Assembly (NCBI GenBank): GCA_964016885.1
Contig: OZ024742.1
Span: forward strand, 51,708,001-51,772,000
Direction of reading: 5' to 3'
Source of the DNA: Eledone cirrhosa
Lineage: Eukaryota
DNA: 64,000 bases
The notes under the pieces were generated by a model, which saw nothing but the letters and a program-made list of their open reading frames with translations, had not been told where the DNA came from and did no database searches. Within the stretch, counting starts at the first letter, position 1. Every line of letters starts with the position of its first letter. This document shows, piece by piece, positions 26,951 to 40,996 of the stretch. The translations under genes were made by a program, and so were the position numbers.

Positions 26951-27392
26951 ATTATTATTATTATTCTTTGAGTCTGAGTCATTGATGTTATTTAACTGGA
27001 AAGTTTGTTGAAATGAATATCAAGCCACTACCTGCAGCCTCAGATATTCAAGTATATCGGAGGGTTCTTGCTGTTGCCAGCAAACATGCTTTTGGAGTGT
27101 TCCAAAAAGCGGGGCTGGACTAATCTTCTTTAACCATCCTTGGAAAATCTTTGAGGCAGTACCTAGTGCGCCAATGACAATCGGGACGACCTTGATTTCA
27201 TTATTATTATTATTATATTTATTGTCCCATACATGTCGGCCCTTGTAGCAAATAGATGAAATCATTATTATTATTATTATTGTTCTTTGAGTCTCAGTCA
27301 TTGATGTTAGCTAACTGGAAAGTTTGTTGAAATGAATATCAAGCCACTACCTGCAGCCTCAGATATTCACGACATATCGGAGGGTTCTTGCT
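26950..27392 (-). mobile_element. Two 3'-end fragments of an R4/Dong-like (restriction-like endonuclease) non-LTR retrotransposon in (TAA)n tracts
   Basis: EIKVVPIVIGALGT..LQK C-terminal motif. The ~110-bp 3' end is duplicated at ~26963-27073 and ~27282-27393, each with a (TAA)n tail. Confidence 0.7.
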
Positions 27393-29964
27393 GGACCACA
27401 AATTCGTGATCTGTGTGCTTGACTTAGATACGCTTCATAGACGACGACCCGGCTACTGGAAGCTAAACGCGTCCTTACCAGCGCGCAAGGCCTACAGAGA
27501 CCGGATTAGCGAACTAGTTAAGCGGGCGTTGACGGGGGCCATCGTTAACAACAAGTGGTGGTTTGCTCTGAAAGAGCGATTAGAATAGAGTCCATTAGGT
27601 TTAGTAAGGCTTTAGCAATAGAGAAAAATAGAGCAGAGGGAGAATTAGTTAGAAAATTAGACGAGGCACTTAGCAAAGGCATCGCGACCGACGTACTTGC
27701 GGCGAAATTGGCCCTTCACCAATTCTTCAATGCAAAGCACGAAGACTGCGTTGTCAGAGCTAGGGTGCGTGCTCTCAGACACGAGGGGACGAAAGCCGTT
27801 CAATGGGTCCGGGTGACGGAGGCGCGTCGTGGCAACAAAGCCACGACCCGGTCTTTGGTGGACCACGACGGGCGCATGCTAATCGATCCCGGGCAAATGA
27901 GTGAAGCTTTTCAGCGACACTTCGCTCAGCTGTTCGGGGGCAGCGGTGGGCCGGGTCGAGTGATGGACTTTAGTGTCTACCTCGACAGACTGCTGCGGTT
28001 CTCGGTCATTGGAGTGGAGTGTTGCGAAAAGCCGATAACAGCCGCTGAGGTACGGCAGCCAATGACTGGCTGCACAATGGATAAATCTCCTGGTTTGGAT
28101 GGTCTGCCCTATGAACTTTACGTACAGATGCCAGACTTGTTCGGAGGCCTCTTGGAGGACGTATTTTGCAACTGTTCAAGATTTTGGCCAAGATGCTAGA
28201 CAAGAGGTTGGCGCTTGTCGTTGGTGGTCTGGTGCGAGAGGCGCAGACATATGCCATAACCGACAGATCCATCCACGACAACCTCCACCTCATGCGATAC
28301 ATTGTAGCGAGGGTAGCTAGGGAGCCGGGTACGGGTGGGTCCTTGAACAATTTAGATCAGTCGAAAGCTTTCGATGGGGTCGACTATCCTTACCTAGCGG
28401 CATTCCTGAGGGCGGCTGGCTTTGGGCGCGTCTTCAGAAGCTGGATCGCTGCCAGGCACAGCGACATCTGCTCTGTGGTGAGAGTGAACGGTCACCTTTC
28501 GGAACCGTTCAACATCATGCGCTCGCTCCGCCAAGGATGTCCCCTCTCGTCCCTCTTGTACGTATTGACTCTCGGGACATTACTGCACAAACTGGAGACG
28601 TTGAGGGGTGTCCCGCGCGAACTAAGATGCGGAAGATCTGCGTCAGCATATGCGGACGATATCACCGTAGCGGTGTCGACGCCAAACACATCGAGGCGAT
28701 CGGCACTACACTAAGAGAATACGAAGCGGTGACAGGAGCAATGATCAACTAGGAAAAGTCAATGGGCCTGCAGCTCGGCACCTGGAGAGGCAGGTACATG
28801 CCATCCAACAGCGTCGTCGGGCGCTGGACGGACGGACCGGTTAAATTGCTAGGGGTCTGGTTCGGTCCGGACCTCCAGACGGACAAAAACTGGCACGAGG
28901 TGACGAGCAGGGTGGATTCTCTCTCCCAGAAATTGGCGGAGAGGAAGCTATCCCTGAAAGGTCGAGCGGAGGTGGCTAACGCGTACATTGCGTCTGTCAA
29001 CTACTACCGCCTGACCGTCGTACCTTGTCCTAAGCCTCGCCTGACTGCGCTGGAGCGTTTGCTCTTTCGCTTTTTGTGGAAGGGACGCGCTCCGATGGTC
29101 AGGCGGTCCATCTCCTGTCAACACCCGCTACGTGGAGGGCTGGGCAAGCCGTGGCTGATGATGCGCAGACACGCGCTCAGGCTACGGCATCTTCACCTCT
29201 TCCTCGGTGGTGCACATGTGTGGTCGCCGTTTGCTAGACACGTCTTTCCCCAGCTCGTCTCCTTGACGGAGCTGCAGTCCTGGGTAAAGCGAAGACCGAG
29301 AGGGAGCGCTTGGAGACTGGAATGTCTTCAGGCGCTCACAACCCTCGACCAATCGGGCAATGTGATCGGTGGAAACTCCTCCTTGGTGTTCTATAGAGGA
29401 TTAGGGGAGGGGAAGAGCGACGACGAAAATCAACTAGCCAATCACTTCGGAAGAACTTTCGGGCCGGGGCCTATGGACAACTTCCAGAAATCCCTGGCCT
29501 GGCAGGGCTACCGAGGAGCTTTGCCAGTCCGGGATAAACTCTACAGGCATGGAGGTGCCGTCAGCCAGGCATGTCCGAGATGCGCGCAGGGCGACGAAGC
29601 CGTCCTGCACGCACTCGTCCAGGGTCCGAGCATTGCTGACTTGTGGGTTTATGTCGAACACCTGCTTTCGTGTGTAGGACGGATCCAGCTATCAGCTGAG
29701 TCCATCGTGTGGATTGCCCCGCCCTCTTCCTTTAGCCGGGAAGGGCAGGCAGTTTTTATCTGTCTGGTGGCCATGGCGAAAGAGATAGTAGGGTGGACAC
29801 GTTTGAAAGGGCTGAAGACGAGCACTTACCTCTTCGGTGATGCCCTGATTAACTTTTTCAAATTTCATTTGAAAATGAAAATCAGAGTAGAGAGGGAAGT
29901 ACTCTCTTCCCAGCATTTTGTTGAAAGATGGGTGAAAGAAGCCAGTATGGCCCGTGTATATTAG
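27388..29964 (+). mobile_element. 5'-truncated Tx1/L1-clade LINE ORF2 (APE C-terminus, RT, C-terminal Zn knuckle), frameshifted
   Basis: DHKFV..GYWKLNASL, KSPGLDGLPYELY, SIHDNLHLMR, LDQSKAFD, RQGCPLS, AYADD, CPRC..E..H. GC-rich relative to flanks, with an internal deletion near 28170. Confidence 0.93.
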
Positions 29965-30474
29965 GAGGGAGGGGTGAAGTTGTTAGAAGTATAGTTGAAG
30001 GAGTGGTTTTTCGATAGCAGTGAGAATTCTTGGTGGCAGTGAGTAATTAGATTCCCATCTGTTGTTTTGACATTTTTTATAGAATATATTATTGGTTATT
30101 TTTCTAAATCTATAGAAGGATTAGAGATAGTAAAGATATGCGTGGTTGGTTTTGTGTTTGCACTTAATTAACATTCAGACTTAAATTTTTCTTTCAAGTG
30201 TACGTATCCTTTCACCCACGCATTCACACACAAATATATTTGCACACCTCTACAAAATACATATACTCACAATTCACATATTCATACTTACATATATATA
30301 CACATGTATACACATATATATACACACATGTATTCATGTACATACATACGCGCTCATGTGTATACATTTTCATACTCAACTTATCTTTATATACACACGT
30401 ATAGACACACACATATATAGATACATACTCTAGTCCATGTGTACACACATACACATACATACACATCCATATAC

Positions 30475-30543
<69 letters not shown>

Positions 30544-30810
30544 CACTTTAATACATGAATACACTTACATCTAACTATACACATCAAACATATATATATA
30601 TTTACTTATTTATATACATTTTCACATATATATACATACTTATGGACGTTTTTAGACACATTCATTATCGCATATTTGTACCTATTCTCATCAGCATATC
30701 TTTCCATTATTAGTGTGGTAATTTAAGGTTATTAATATATGTTGAGAAGAGATTGTTTTTATATTTTTCTAACTAGATTAAGGTTTATATAGTTGGGGGA
30801 TGTCCCTCTT

Positions 30811-32150
30811 TTATGTAGTATTCGGCTTGTAGTGGGAAAAAAGGGTTTTAGTTCTGTGACGGCAGAATAATGTTCGTTCAATTCTGTTATTCAGCAGTTT
30901 CTTCTTGTGTGTGATTATGTAATAAATCTCAAGATTACACAATTTGCAGAAATTTTGGCTCCTGGAAAAGCTTTGGGTTTTAGCTAATTTTTCCCATTTT
31001 AGGGTAAACTTCTGATCGCTATCCCTGAGCGTCCAAGCTTTTTCTGCTAAAGTTGTTACATTTCTTTGGCTCTGGTGTTTTATTGAGTAAGAATGCCTAT
31101 ACAATCGAGATTTAAACGATGTTGCCGTTGATCCCACGTAATACCACTCGTTGCCTCCGGATTTAATGGTACACTTATAAATAATATTTTTTTCCCAGGC
31201 AGTTATTGCCGAGGGGGCAGTTGTCAGGATAGGTGCAGCTACAGTTGTGTACGTTGGGTTTTCTCTGGAGTAGTATTGCGGACGAACTTAGGTGTGGTTT
31301 ATTTATGTTCTGTAGTGTATTGTCTACTGTTTTTTTGTGTTCTTTGTACTTAAGTTCTTAGTGTTTTCGTTTAACCTTCTAGTATTGATCTTTTTTATGT
31401 GTTGTTCAAGGTTTAACGCTGTAGAGTATGACAGTCTTATAGTGGTAGGGTTTAGGATTTTGTGGTATGTGTGTGATGTGGGAAAATGTCTTTTAATTAT
31501 TTTAAAGAAGAGTACTGGTAAATTTGTACTAATGGAACTATTGTATTCGGGGTTATACCATAAGTACTCTTTGCACCGCTTTCTATTAGTTTTGTTTGTT
31601 GGTTTACTGGTGTGCATACTATGGTAGTAAGTGTGGTTTGGTGTTGTGTTATTATATCTACCTATGTGGGATTTATTTTGGGTGTTTTGATTGTTCCCAT
31701 CTATGTACTCTATTTTGTTGAGGTAGCCTGCTTTACTAAGGGCGTTATCGTAGTACTCGGCGTGTTCCTTAAATACTTGTATGTTAGAAGATAGACCCGA
31801 GATTCTAAGGGAAATATTTTTAGGAATAGATTTAATTATAGAGATGGGGTGGTTAGACCCAACATTTACGTATTTGAGATTTTCATTCAATTTATGAAAC
31901 GGTTTAATCAAACCAGAGTTTAAATTGAGTGTGACATCCAGGAAGTTAACTACTTTAAGGTTGTATTCATATGTTATAGTTAGTCCTATTTCGAGTAGTA
32001 GTTTTCTTATATCTTTGCGTAGTTTTTCTAGTTTTTGGTTATTAAGGTTTTTAGCTAGGAGGAGAACATCGTCGCGGTATATTCCGCCGTGGAGATTGCT
32101 GAATTTTTCCTGGAGTCTAAAGGTCCTCAGTAATATTATTCTGATGAAAT
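30811..32150 (-). mobile_element. Penelope-like element, RT C-terminal half + GIY-YIG endonuclease (best-preserved PLE in the window)
   Basis: GIYRDD, VNFLDVTLNL, YVNVGSNHP, LWYNPEY, RLSYS, CSCTYPDNCPLGNNC, IIYKC..YYVGST..FKSR..H, CKLCNLE, LLNNRIE..CRH. Confidence 0.93.
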
Positions 32151-32157
32151 GACAGTA

Positions 32158-32332
32158 AATAATTGTTTCTACTTTTGGCACAAGGCCAGCAATTACCCAG
32201 TACATTACTGGTACTTTATTTTATCGACCCCATAAGGATGAAAGGCAAAGTTAACCTCGGCGGGATTTGAACTCAGATCATAAAGAAAACATGGCGTCCA
32301 ACCCTCTACCGATACTGCCAATTCACCGCCTT
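32158..32332 (-). mobile_element. SINE copy with 14-bp TSD
   Basis: TGACAGTAAATAAT at 32150-32163 and 32335-32348 flanks a canonical SINE body. Confidence 0.9.
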
Positions 32333-33467
32333 GTGACAGTAAATAATAATATATATATATATATATATTTTAGTACAGCATTAACGAAGCTTTAGTTCGC
32401 GGCCAAGTTACCGAATGCAAAATCGGTATGTAGCTTTAGAACTCGGATGGGGAAAAAGTGCCCCAGAGTAATAACAATACGTTTAGACAGCTTAGCAAAT
32501 CAAAAATAGCGAACGGCAGTGCAGCCGCATCACCAGAGCAACGAAAATGCAGGACTCAGGAAAAGATTTTAGACTGACCTGGACAAAATGGTGAGACTGA
32601 ATGCAAAATATATAATGCATATCGTATAGCACACGATATACATCACATACAACACACCACATCAGCGCTAGGTTTCTGCAAATCCAAGATCGACAAATTC
32701 CGCTTGCAGGGCTCTGCAAGATAATGGTTTTTGACGACAAAACAAAGGATTTCCTTCTTCAGCAAGTCTTGTGTTATTTAGCCTCTGCGAGTATGCTCTA
32801 GCATTAAATTTCGCTATAGGCACGTTTGTACAATTGTACTTATTTCCAAAATATGTAAATTAATTTTCATATTGTAACTCTTAAAATCTCCCCATCTCTT
32901 TGCGACTCGCTGATAATTGCCGCTAATTTGAGTTTGTTTAAGTTTTCTTTTCCAAGACGGGAGGAAATTTCCGTTCACTATATTTTCTTTCCTGTATTTT
33001 TTATCAAGCTTATCTTGGTTTTATTTGAATTATTTCCAGGTGGGAATTATTTGGGAAATACGGAATATCATTAGTTTATTTTTGATTTAGCATGAAGGTT
33101 CTGAAAGTAGAAGAGAGAAACGTGTTTATACATAAAGGAAAAGAAAATGAATTGCTCAATATACAATCCGCCATAAAATCAGGGGTGAACGTGTGTTTGT
33201 ATGTTCGGAATATTATTGGCTAAATATGGCAAGTGGAATAAGTTTCACTCTAATAAAACCAACCTTGCATGCAAGAGAGAGAAAACTTATATATATATAT
33301 ATATATCAAGATGTAAGGACAGTTCGGTCAGGTTTTTGTAAAGTAAATCTTCAGTTCAGTTTAAAGGTGTCTAAAATCTTAATTATATTAGATTATGCCG
33401 ATATCTCTAACCTATTTCTTTCAGATTTTGTTAAATTTATCTTTACTGAAGCTTTTGTATTGCACCA

Positions 33468-34420
33468 TGTTCACTCCAAGTAAAAAACACATCCTTCATG
33501 TTATTCCTTAAGAATTTCAAAAACTTAATCATACAAGGGCAGCAGCAAAGCCAATCAGAAACAATTATGGCGATAATGTAGTGACTGGTGATCGTTTTCA
33601 CGATTCAGATACGGGAACTACAGCCTGCAGGATGAATCAAGACTAAGGCACCCAAGAGGACTGGTGTCTGATATACTCGAAGTCACCTTTGATGCAAACC
33701 CGACCGCTGCAATTCACGAACAAAGCACGGACTTAAATGTGAGCCATATCATTGTTCATTGTGAGCTGAAAAGACTAGGGAAAGTTACAAAGATTGGAAG
33801 ATTGGTTCCACATGTTTCTCTGCAGACAATTGAAAACAACCTGTTAACTGCTGTGCATGATTGCGTTCTCGCGAGCTGCAAATACGTATTTAAACGAATT
33901 AATTATTTGAGATGAGATATGCATCCATTACCATAATGTTAATCAAAGATATCAGTGGATCAATAGTGGTGAAGAGCCAGCTCAGCAGGCCAGAAGTGTC
34001 TTATATCCAAAGAGTATTCTTCTGTGTGGTTAGTTATGGGGGTAATAATTCATCAAAATCTGCTTGGCGATAATGAATCCATAACAGCCGAAATCAATCG
34101 CCAACAGCTAAGTCGTTTGTAAGCAGCTTTGAAGCAAAACAGTTCATCATGAACAAACAGAACAGGAATCATCATATTAACGCTAGATCTAACAATGCAC
34201 AAAAGACCAAATATCTCCTAAACAAATGAACCTGGGAAATTATGCTTCACCCAAAATATTTCCCAACAGACTACTATCTTTTTTAGAATTTTGTCACATA
34301 ATTTGAGTTCACTAAACTTGCTTCAAGAGAATTATTCGAAAACAAGTAAGCTCCGTTCTTTTAAAATTATAATTTTAAAGGATTTTATCAACGTGACATT
34401 AAAAAGCTTATTGAGAGGTG
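33468..34420 (+). pseudogene. mariner-family transposase pseudogene
   Basis: HTH region RFRYGNYSLQDESR, LKRLGKVTKIGRLVPH (WVPH-like), xDE motif, and HPKYFP..TDYYLF (YSPDLAPSDY-like). Multiple stops. Confidence 0.85.
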
Positions 34421-34434
34421 AAGAGAGAGATCAG

Positions 34435-34690
34435 ATAGAAGGATGGGGATTTTGTGTACGTGCTTGTACGTGCTTGGCGGGTGTTTTCGTGTATGTATGT
34501 GTATGTACGTATATGGATGCGTATATGTATATATTTAATTATTGTTGATTTCAATAACCTCTGTAATTTACTTACATTATTCTTAATTCTGAAGCCGAGA
34601 ATTATTCGGTTTCCTAAATAGATTATTAGTCTACGATTTCATGTATGCCATAAATGTGGTTTTGTCTTTGCGTGTAATTGTTTTCACGTA
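34435..34690 (+). repeat. Internal fragment of family-A repeat
   Basis: Reverse complement of ~13005-13250. ATAGAAGGATGGGGATTTT..GTACGTGCTTGTACGTGCTT is duplicated at ~34435 and ~34694. Confidence 0.7.
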
Positions 34691-35222
34691 CACATAGAAG
34701 GATGGGGATTTTGTGTACGTGCTTGTACGTGCTTATGACTGATAGTCAAGTGTTAACGCACGGCTCCTTTTGTTGAGCTAAATTTTAGTCCCATAAAAAC
34801 GGCTGTTATTTCTAGCAGCACGAGTATGGGGATAGCTAGGAACTGAAAAACCATGTGCGTTAACACTTGACTATCAGTCCTCCTAAGTATTTCGAGGTGA
34901 AACATAGCAATTATTCTGGATACCTGCCGATGAGCACAGGAAATGGAATCTTTCACTCTCTCACTTATCTTTGCGAAACTTATTTGGGTTTTGAAATTTA
35001 AACCTATCTACGGAACAGGTTTGAGTTTTGAAATTTAAATTTGTCCAGGTATCACGGCTATTGCCAATATGGGTTTATTTTTATTGATTTATTATTTTAA
35101 ATCGAGACAGGCAAACTGTATTAATCTAATTAGTATTTTTCAATCTAGCTAACTTGGTCATTTGCAATACAAACACTTATATGATTGTATTAGTGTTTAT
35201 CATATATTAATTTATATTAACT

Positions 35223-35294
<72 letters not shown>

Positions 35295-36984
35295 CATACA
35301 TATATATAAGAGGCTTTGTAGCAACCTAATAATATATACTTCCAGTTTATATGTTTTCAATATACCTTAAAATATATGCCCTATTCCTAGTAGAAAGTTC
35401 ATCCTAAATTCTATAAATTAATTTCAATATTTTTCTATTTGCTTTATATTTCCTTTCCTTTATCGAACCGAATTATTTATTTCAACTCTCCTTTGTCTAG
35501 CGCTGAGAATTATATGAGTTTATAAAATTGTTTTCTGAAAATGAAAAAAAAAGAAGAAATTGTAATAAATTGTGTTATTGTATGCTCAATGTTCTTTAAC
35601 AAAATTAGAACACGAAATAATTAACAAAACAATGAAAATATATACTGATACCCAAACAATGTACGATATAGCATGGCTACAAAAACTCAAGGGATATAGT
35701 GACAGTTTTATTTTATTTTAATAATCACATTTCTGGCTCTTCATCACATTTATATTGAAATAAATCACAGAATCTAATGATTCAATGACAATGGAAGAAC
35801 GATATAGAAAAGAAAACAAAAATGAATTTCACATTATATTGTTTGTGCGGAAGTGTAGAGGAAATGAAGTTGATTTGTAAAAATCAATTATTTAAATCAA
35901 TACACAATTATGGAAGAACAATTGTGTTGCTTTTTTTGTGCTTCTATTTGCTGTTTAATTTCTCATATCTTCTCACCCAGAAAAAATTACAACCATACTT
36001 CCCGAAACTGAGATCAAAGTGTTAGCATAACGTTACATTGTTATTTTTTAAATTTGTATTATATCTTTTATATCCGAAGTTAAACGGAAGCTAAACTGAA
36101 CAATGAAACAAAGTCAACTTAGCTTCATTCAATGTTTGGTTGTGTTGTTGTTTGTTTGTAGTTTGTTTACTATATATTCTTTAATGCTTCCTATTTAGAA
36201 AATCATTATGCAGATTCAAATATTTTCTGAATTATTCATGCAGTTTCAAACGTGAATATAAGGAATATTGCCTATTTTAATGAATGCCGATTATATTAGT
36301 ATTAACTAGGAGAAAACGCAATGCAATTCTTAAATTGTTAAGCTGTTACGTTTAAGTAACTCTTTAGCACGTTAACATGAATAAACTAACTGCATAATTC
36401 CTCAGGCTTTTCAAAACGGTGAATACCTTCAATAATACGTTGCTTAGGAAGGACCAGGTTATTAGAACGCCTTGTGAACCTATGCAATTATAATCAATAC
36501 TTTGTAAGTCAAAGACACCTGCTGATTCAAATGAGAATAATATTTGGAATACAAATTAAAGGAGCAATATTAGAAAATATTTTGTATTATTTTGTAGACG
36601 TATAGTGATAAAAGTTTTTTGTACATAATTTTCTTAAATATCTAGGCTTATGTATGTATTTGAAAACAGAAAATCACATAAATCCACGAAATCCCACATA
36701 TGTCATTTGGTACTTTAAACTTATATATATATATATATATAATTTTTCTTTTATCTATCATGAACAAATAACTGTGTAAATTGTAAATATGCGAATGTGA
36801 ATACAGAATATACATAGATGTATGCATATAAAAGCAATTATATTTTACATAACTATATAGATATGTAAAAATACATTTGTATTATTTACCAATTATTCAA
36901 AATAACTTATAATTCAGAAAGGATGTAAGTGTGCATACATCAAGTATTATACACTATTAGTCTAATTCATCTCATCACATCACA

Positions 36985-37612
36985 TCTGTCGCTTAGTCTT
37001 GTGGACCGATTGGACAACTTGACTACAAGCTCCTACCATTCTTCTCGCTTCTCCGTCCTCCTCATGGTTGCAACCAGCATCACGCCTGTACATTCCGGGA
37101 CGTTGTCCTGCCATCCCTTTTTCAGTGTATCTCTCTTCCTCCCACCTTTGTACTATTCCCTGCAGGACAGACTTGGCAAGCCCTGAAGATCTTGTAACGG
37201 GACCGTATCATCTCAATTTGCGTTTTGTTTTATAATTGTCAGTAGGTCTTCGTAGGATAAGTGATCTCTGTAGATGATTCCAAGGAGCTTTCTGAAGCAT
37301 AACATCCATATAGCCTGTATCTTTCTTTCCAGATCTGCTGTGATTGTCCAAGACTCTCAGACATGCAAGTATATGGACTTGATTAGATAGCGAATCAGTC
37401 TGATTTTTCAGCTGAGAGCTATTCCAGATGGTCTTAGGTTTTGTAAATGATGCCGTGGCTTGGGAAGGTCTGGTGAGTACTTCGGGATCCCATGTATTAT
37501 AAGCTGTTAACGCGCTCTAGTTTCCCACCGTTGGCCCCTATGTCAGTGCCGATGCCGTTGTTTTGTTGGCCATCAATTTGGTATTTTCTGCACTGATATG
37601 CATGCTGTAGGT
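36985..37612 (-). mobile_element. RTE-clade LINE, 3' portion
   Basis: Minus strand MHISAENTKLMANK..RKLR*YG.VTR..GLAKSVLQG. It continues in frame from the piece at 40997-41520. Confidence 0.85.
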
Positions 37613-39962
37613 CAGGCATGTTAAACTGAGGATCCTCCAAAGGACACTTGGGTCACATATGTGTTGTCTGAGGACCGCACACGACAACTAATTGTGCACA
37701 TTACCACTAATTAAACTCACTTAATAAAATTTATTGCAGACAAATTTTTTACTTAAATTCAGAAACATACAATCTACATACAAATATTTTAGCAGCATTT
37801 ATGAATACAAAGTAATGAAGTGGTTTCACAAAAGACTAAAATTTTAAATGGTAACATATATTTGAAGCCTGCAACAGCAATAAAATACATTGTACAAAAA
37901 TGACAACAGTTCAAAACTGAACATTTATGTGCTACTATTCAACCACCTTTAGTGTTTTGTCCTGAGGTTTGACACCTCTTTTTGTTGACATTTTTTGTAA
38001 TGTCTGGTTTAAATGTCTGTACAGTTCCGACTTTGATCAGAGATGACGTGTTGATCAGTCAGCCTTGTTTTCTGAGAAGTTTTTAATTTCATGAAGGAAA
38101 ATAACTGTTCACACACATAGGTAAAACCAAACATTGCCATAATCTTTGTGGCAACCTTTCTGAAGTTTTTTAACTTTTCAGGAAGGTATGAAAAGAAACC
38201 AGGTATCCCCACTAAAAGATACGTTGCTTTGAGTGTAGAATCTGACTGCATTTCCAATATTTCCACCTGAAGGTTTTCTTCTGCCTTGACAACATCAAAA
38301 GGGAATGGTGCTGAGAATAATGCAAACTGATGTTCAAAAGATGAGAAATCACAAGATCCTTCCTGAAATTCATTTGACAACAATTCCAGGTGACTGTCAT
38401 ACTTAGCAAAGCTAATTTCAGAATCAGTATTGGCAGTATTTTTCAGCTCTTTGCACGTAGGAAAAATAACTAAATTTCATTTTACAACAGTGACCTCCAT
38501 AAGCTTAGTTTTCTAATGAAGCACTTTATGTCATCGTATAACTGAGTGATGAGTTTGTTTTTGCCTTGTAATTTCACATTAAGATGAGTTAATTGTGCAG
38601 CAAAAGCCACATCTTGGAGCTAACTTTCATCTTTTATTTCATCTGTGTTTTGACATTTCATCTCCAAAAACATAATTATTTCTTGTCTCAACAAATTGAA
38701 TCTTTTCAGCACTTAGTGACAACCATCAGAATTCTGTGTAGAATAGGACATCGGTGAACTGATTATTCATATCTTCCAATAACTGGATGAACTGACGGCG
38801 GTTGAGAGCACGACGACCTCTGACATTGTGACGAAACTAAGCACATAATGCAATTTTAAAATCTTTGAACACACATTTTGCTGATGAATAATACAGTGAA
38901 AATGTGCAAATTATGAACCTGGATGCACGTTTCCTATTTTTGCTTGTAAATTCGCAGCACAGTCAGTAGAAAAGCATGCCAATTTACTCAAAACCATAGT
39001 CATGCAGAACCTGCTCGACCTTCACAAAGATGTCATGGCTGTTATAGTGTCATGCATGGGGACCAGTTCAATCATTTCTTCATAAATATTAAATTCACTG
39101 TCACAGGCCCTGATGAAGAATGCAAGCTGTGCTATTCCAGTGATGTCAACGGTTTCATCAATAGCAATAGAAAATATTCAAACCTTGATGATACAGCCTC
39201 CAACTGTTGTTTCAGATCACCTGACATTTCATCAAACCGTTCAGCAACATGTTGCTGGTTAATGAAATATCTTTGAATAACAGTGCATTCTCTGGACCTA
39301 CAATTTCAGCTGTTTTTACAAGGCATTGCTTTACAGAATCTCCTTCACTGTAAGGTTTCCCACATATGGCGATCATTCGACTGAGTTCATAGCTTGCAGT
39401 AACGGAAGTGACATTCTCTTCCTGAATTTACATAAAACAGGTATGTTGCTGTGTCAAGTTAGCCTTGGATTCCTTGAGTCTTGAAACACGTATTGGGCCT
39501 TCATATTTATAGCAAGATCGATGGTTCGTTTCATAATGCCTTTTTAAATTGTACTCTTTTGGCGTGGCGATGCAGTTGCGGCAAATTAAAGTGTATCTTT
39601 CCGTTCACCGTTGTGTAAACATACTGTAATTCCCACTTTTCTTGAAACACTCGGCTTTGTTCGTTCAATTTCCTTTTTCTCTTAGCTGGAGGACCACTAG
39701 CCATTTAAAAAAAAAATAACTTTTGAAATTTTGAAAGAAAGTTTTCTGTTTACAACTGTTAATGAGCTGCGCGTTATTCGTCAAAAGTTAAAAGTAGTTG
39801 ACAAAAATCGCACCAAAAAAAAAAACAATCGTATCGAAATTTGTTATTTAATTTAAATTACGAAGATAAAACATGCTCGCGCTGTAAAAACCTTTCTGTA
39901 GGCCGCATGTGTGCTTGCAAGCGGCCGCATGCAGCACGCGGGCCGGATGTTTGACATGCCTG
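37613..39962 (-). mobile_element. hAT DNA transposon (Charlie/SPIN/GTF2IRD2-like), full length with decayed transposase
   Basis: TIRs CAGGCATGTTAAAC / GTTTGACATGCCTG. Motifs RVFQEKWELQY, KEYNLKRHYETNH, FSIAIDETVDIT and the dimerisation motif AMFGFTYVCEQLFSFMK..RLTD. Confidence 0.93.
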
Positions 39963-40023
39963 GTCTAGATAAATGAAAAACAAAACGAGAATGTAGTTTA
40001 TGGAGCACCCAAATGATTTAGAA

Positions 40024-40457
40024 GTCGACCTTAAGTAGGAGCAATAACGTTAAGAAAGACATGAACGACACCACATGATATTGTATTGAAATTTTTGAAT
40101 GTAGGTTTATAAGCATGAACTTCCAGTAGATTTTCGTATTTGTCTCTGTGGCAGGTACTTGAGATGGTGGAGGTCCTGGGCTTGGGTTCAATCCTGGTCA
40201 AGAAGTACGTGTAATCTTTTTCAGTTTTTATTTTACATCCCATAGAAAAAAAACTTTAACGGCTTACCTACTTCAGACAAAGATCGAACTTCAGACCAGG
40301 ATCACCACCAGCTATGATTCTTTCAACTAGGCCACCGAGACAGTAACAAAAGTGTGGTGAAAATTAATAATTATAAACCTACTTTCAAAATCAAAGTTAA
40401 AAAGATGTGTGTCGTCCATGGCTTTCTTCGAGCTATTAGTCATATTTAGAGTTGACT
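40024..40457. repeat. Diverged fold-back/MITE-like element inside the hAT passenger segment
   Basis: TTTTGAATGTAGGTTTATAA pairs with TTATAAACCTACTTTCAAAA, and AAGAAAGACATGAACGACAC pairs with GTGTCGTCCATGGCTTTCTT, in inverted order. Confidence 0.6.
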
Positions 40458-40794
40458 TGTCAATCTTCTGGCTCTTTGGTGACGACCTTATTATGCGTAT
40501 GTTTGATTAACTGATGAATTAATTTAATTTAGTTAATTTAACAAACAAATAATATATATATATGTGTGTGTGTGTATGTGTACGTGTGTGTGTGTGTATA
40601 ATGCCAGTCATTGTAAGTTTAAATCTAACTGACATGCAAATATATATATATATATGAATAAGGTAACCCCAAATCATAGATACAAATATCACAGAGAGAA
40701 AGAGAGAGAAAGAGATAGAGAGGGGAGGAGGAGGGGGAGAAATGAGGCGCGACAGCAATGAAACAAGCTTTACAGGTTAAAATATAGTCTAGAT

Positions 40795-40996
40795 CAGGCA
40801 TGTCAAACTGAGGGTCCCCGAGGGCCACATAGATCACATATGTGTTGTCTGAGGAACACATACGACAACTAATTGCACACATTACATCTATTTTTTATTT
40901 TATTTTATATTACGAAGATAAAACATGTTCGCGCTGTAAAAGCCTTTGTGCGCGCCGCATGTGTGTTTGCAAAGGGCCCCATGTTTGACATGCCCG
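40795..40996 (-). mobile_element. 202-bp internally deleted non-autonomous derivative of the adjacent hAT
   Basis: Same TIRs (CAGGCATGTCAAAC / GTTTGACATGCCCG). Subterminal sequences match both ends of 37613-39962. Confidence 0.92.
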
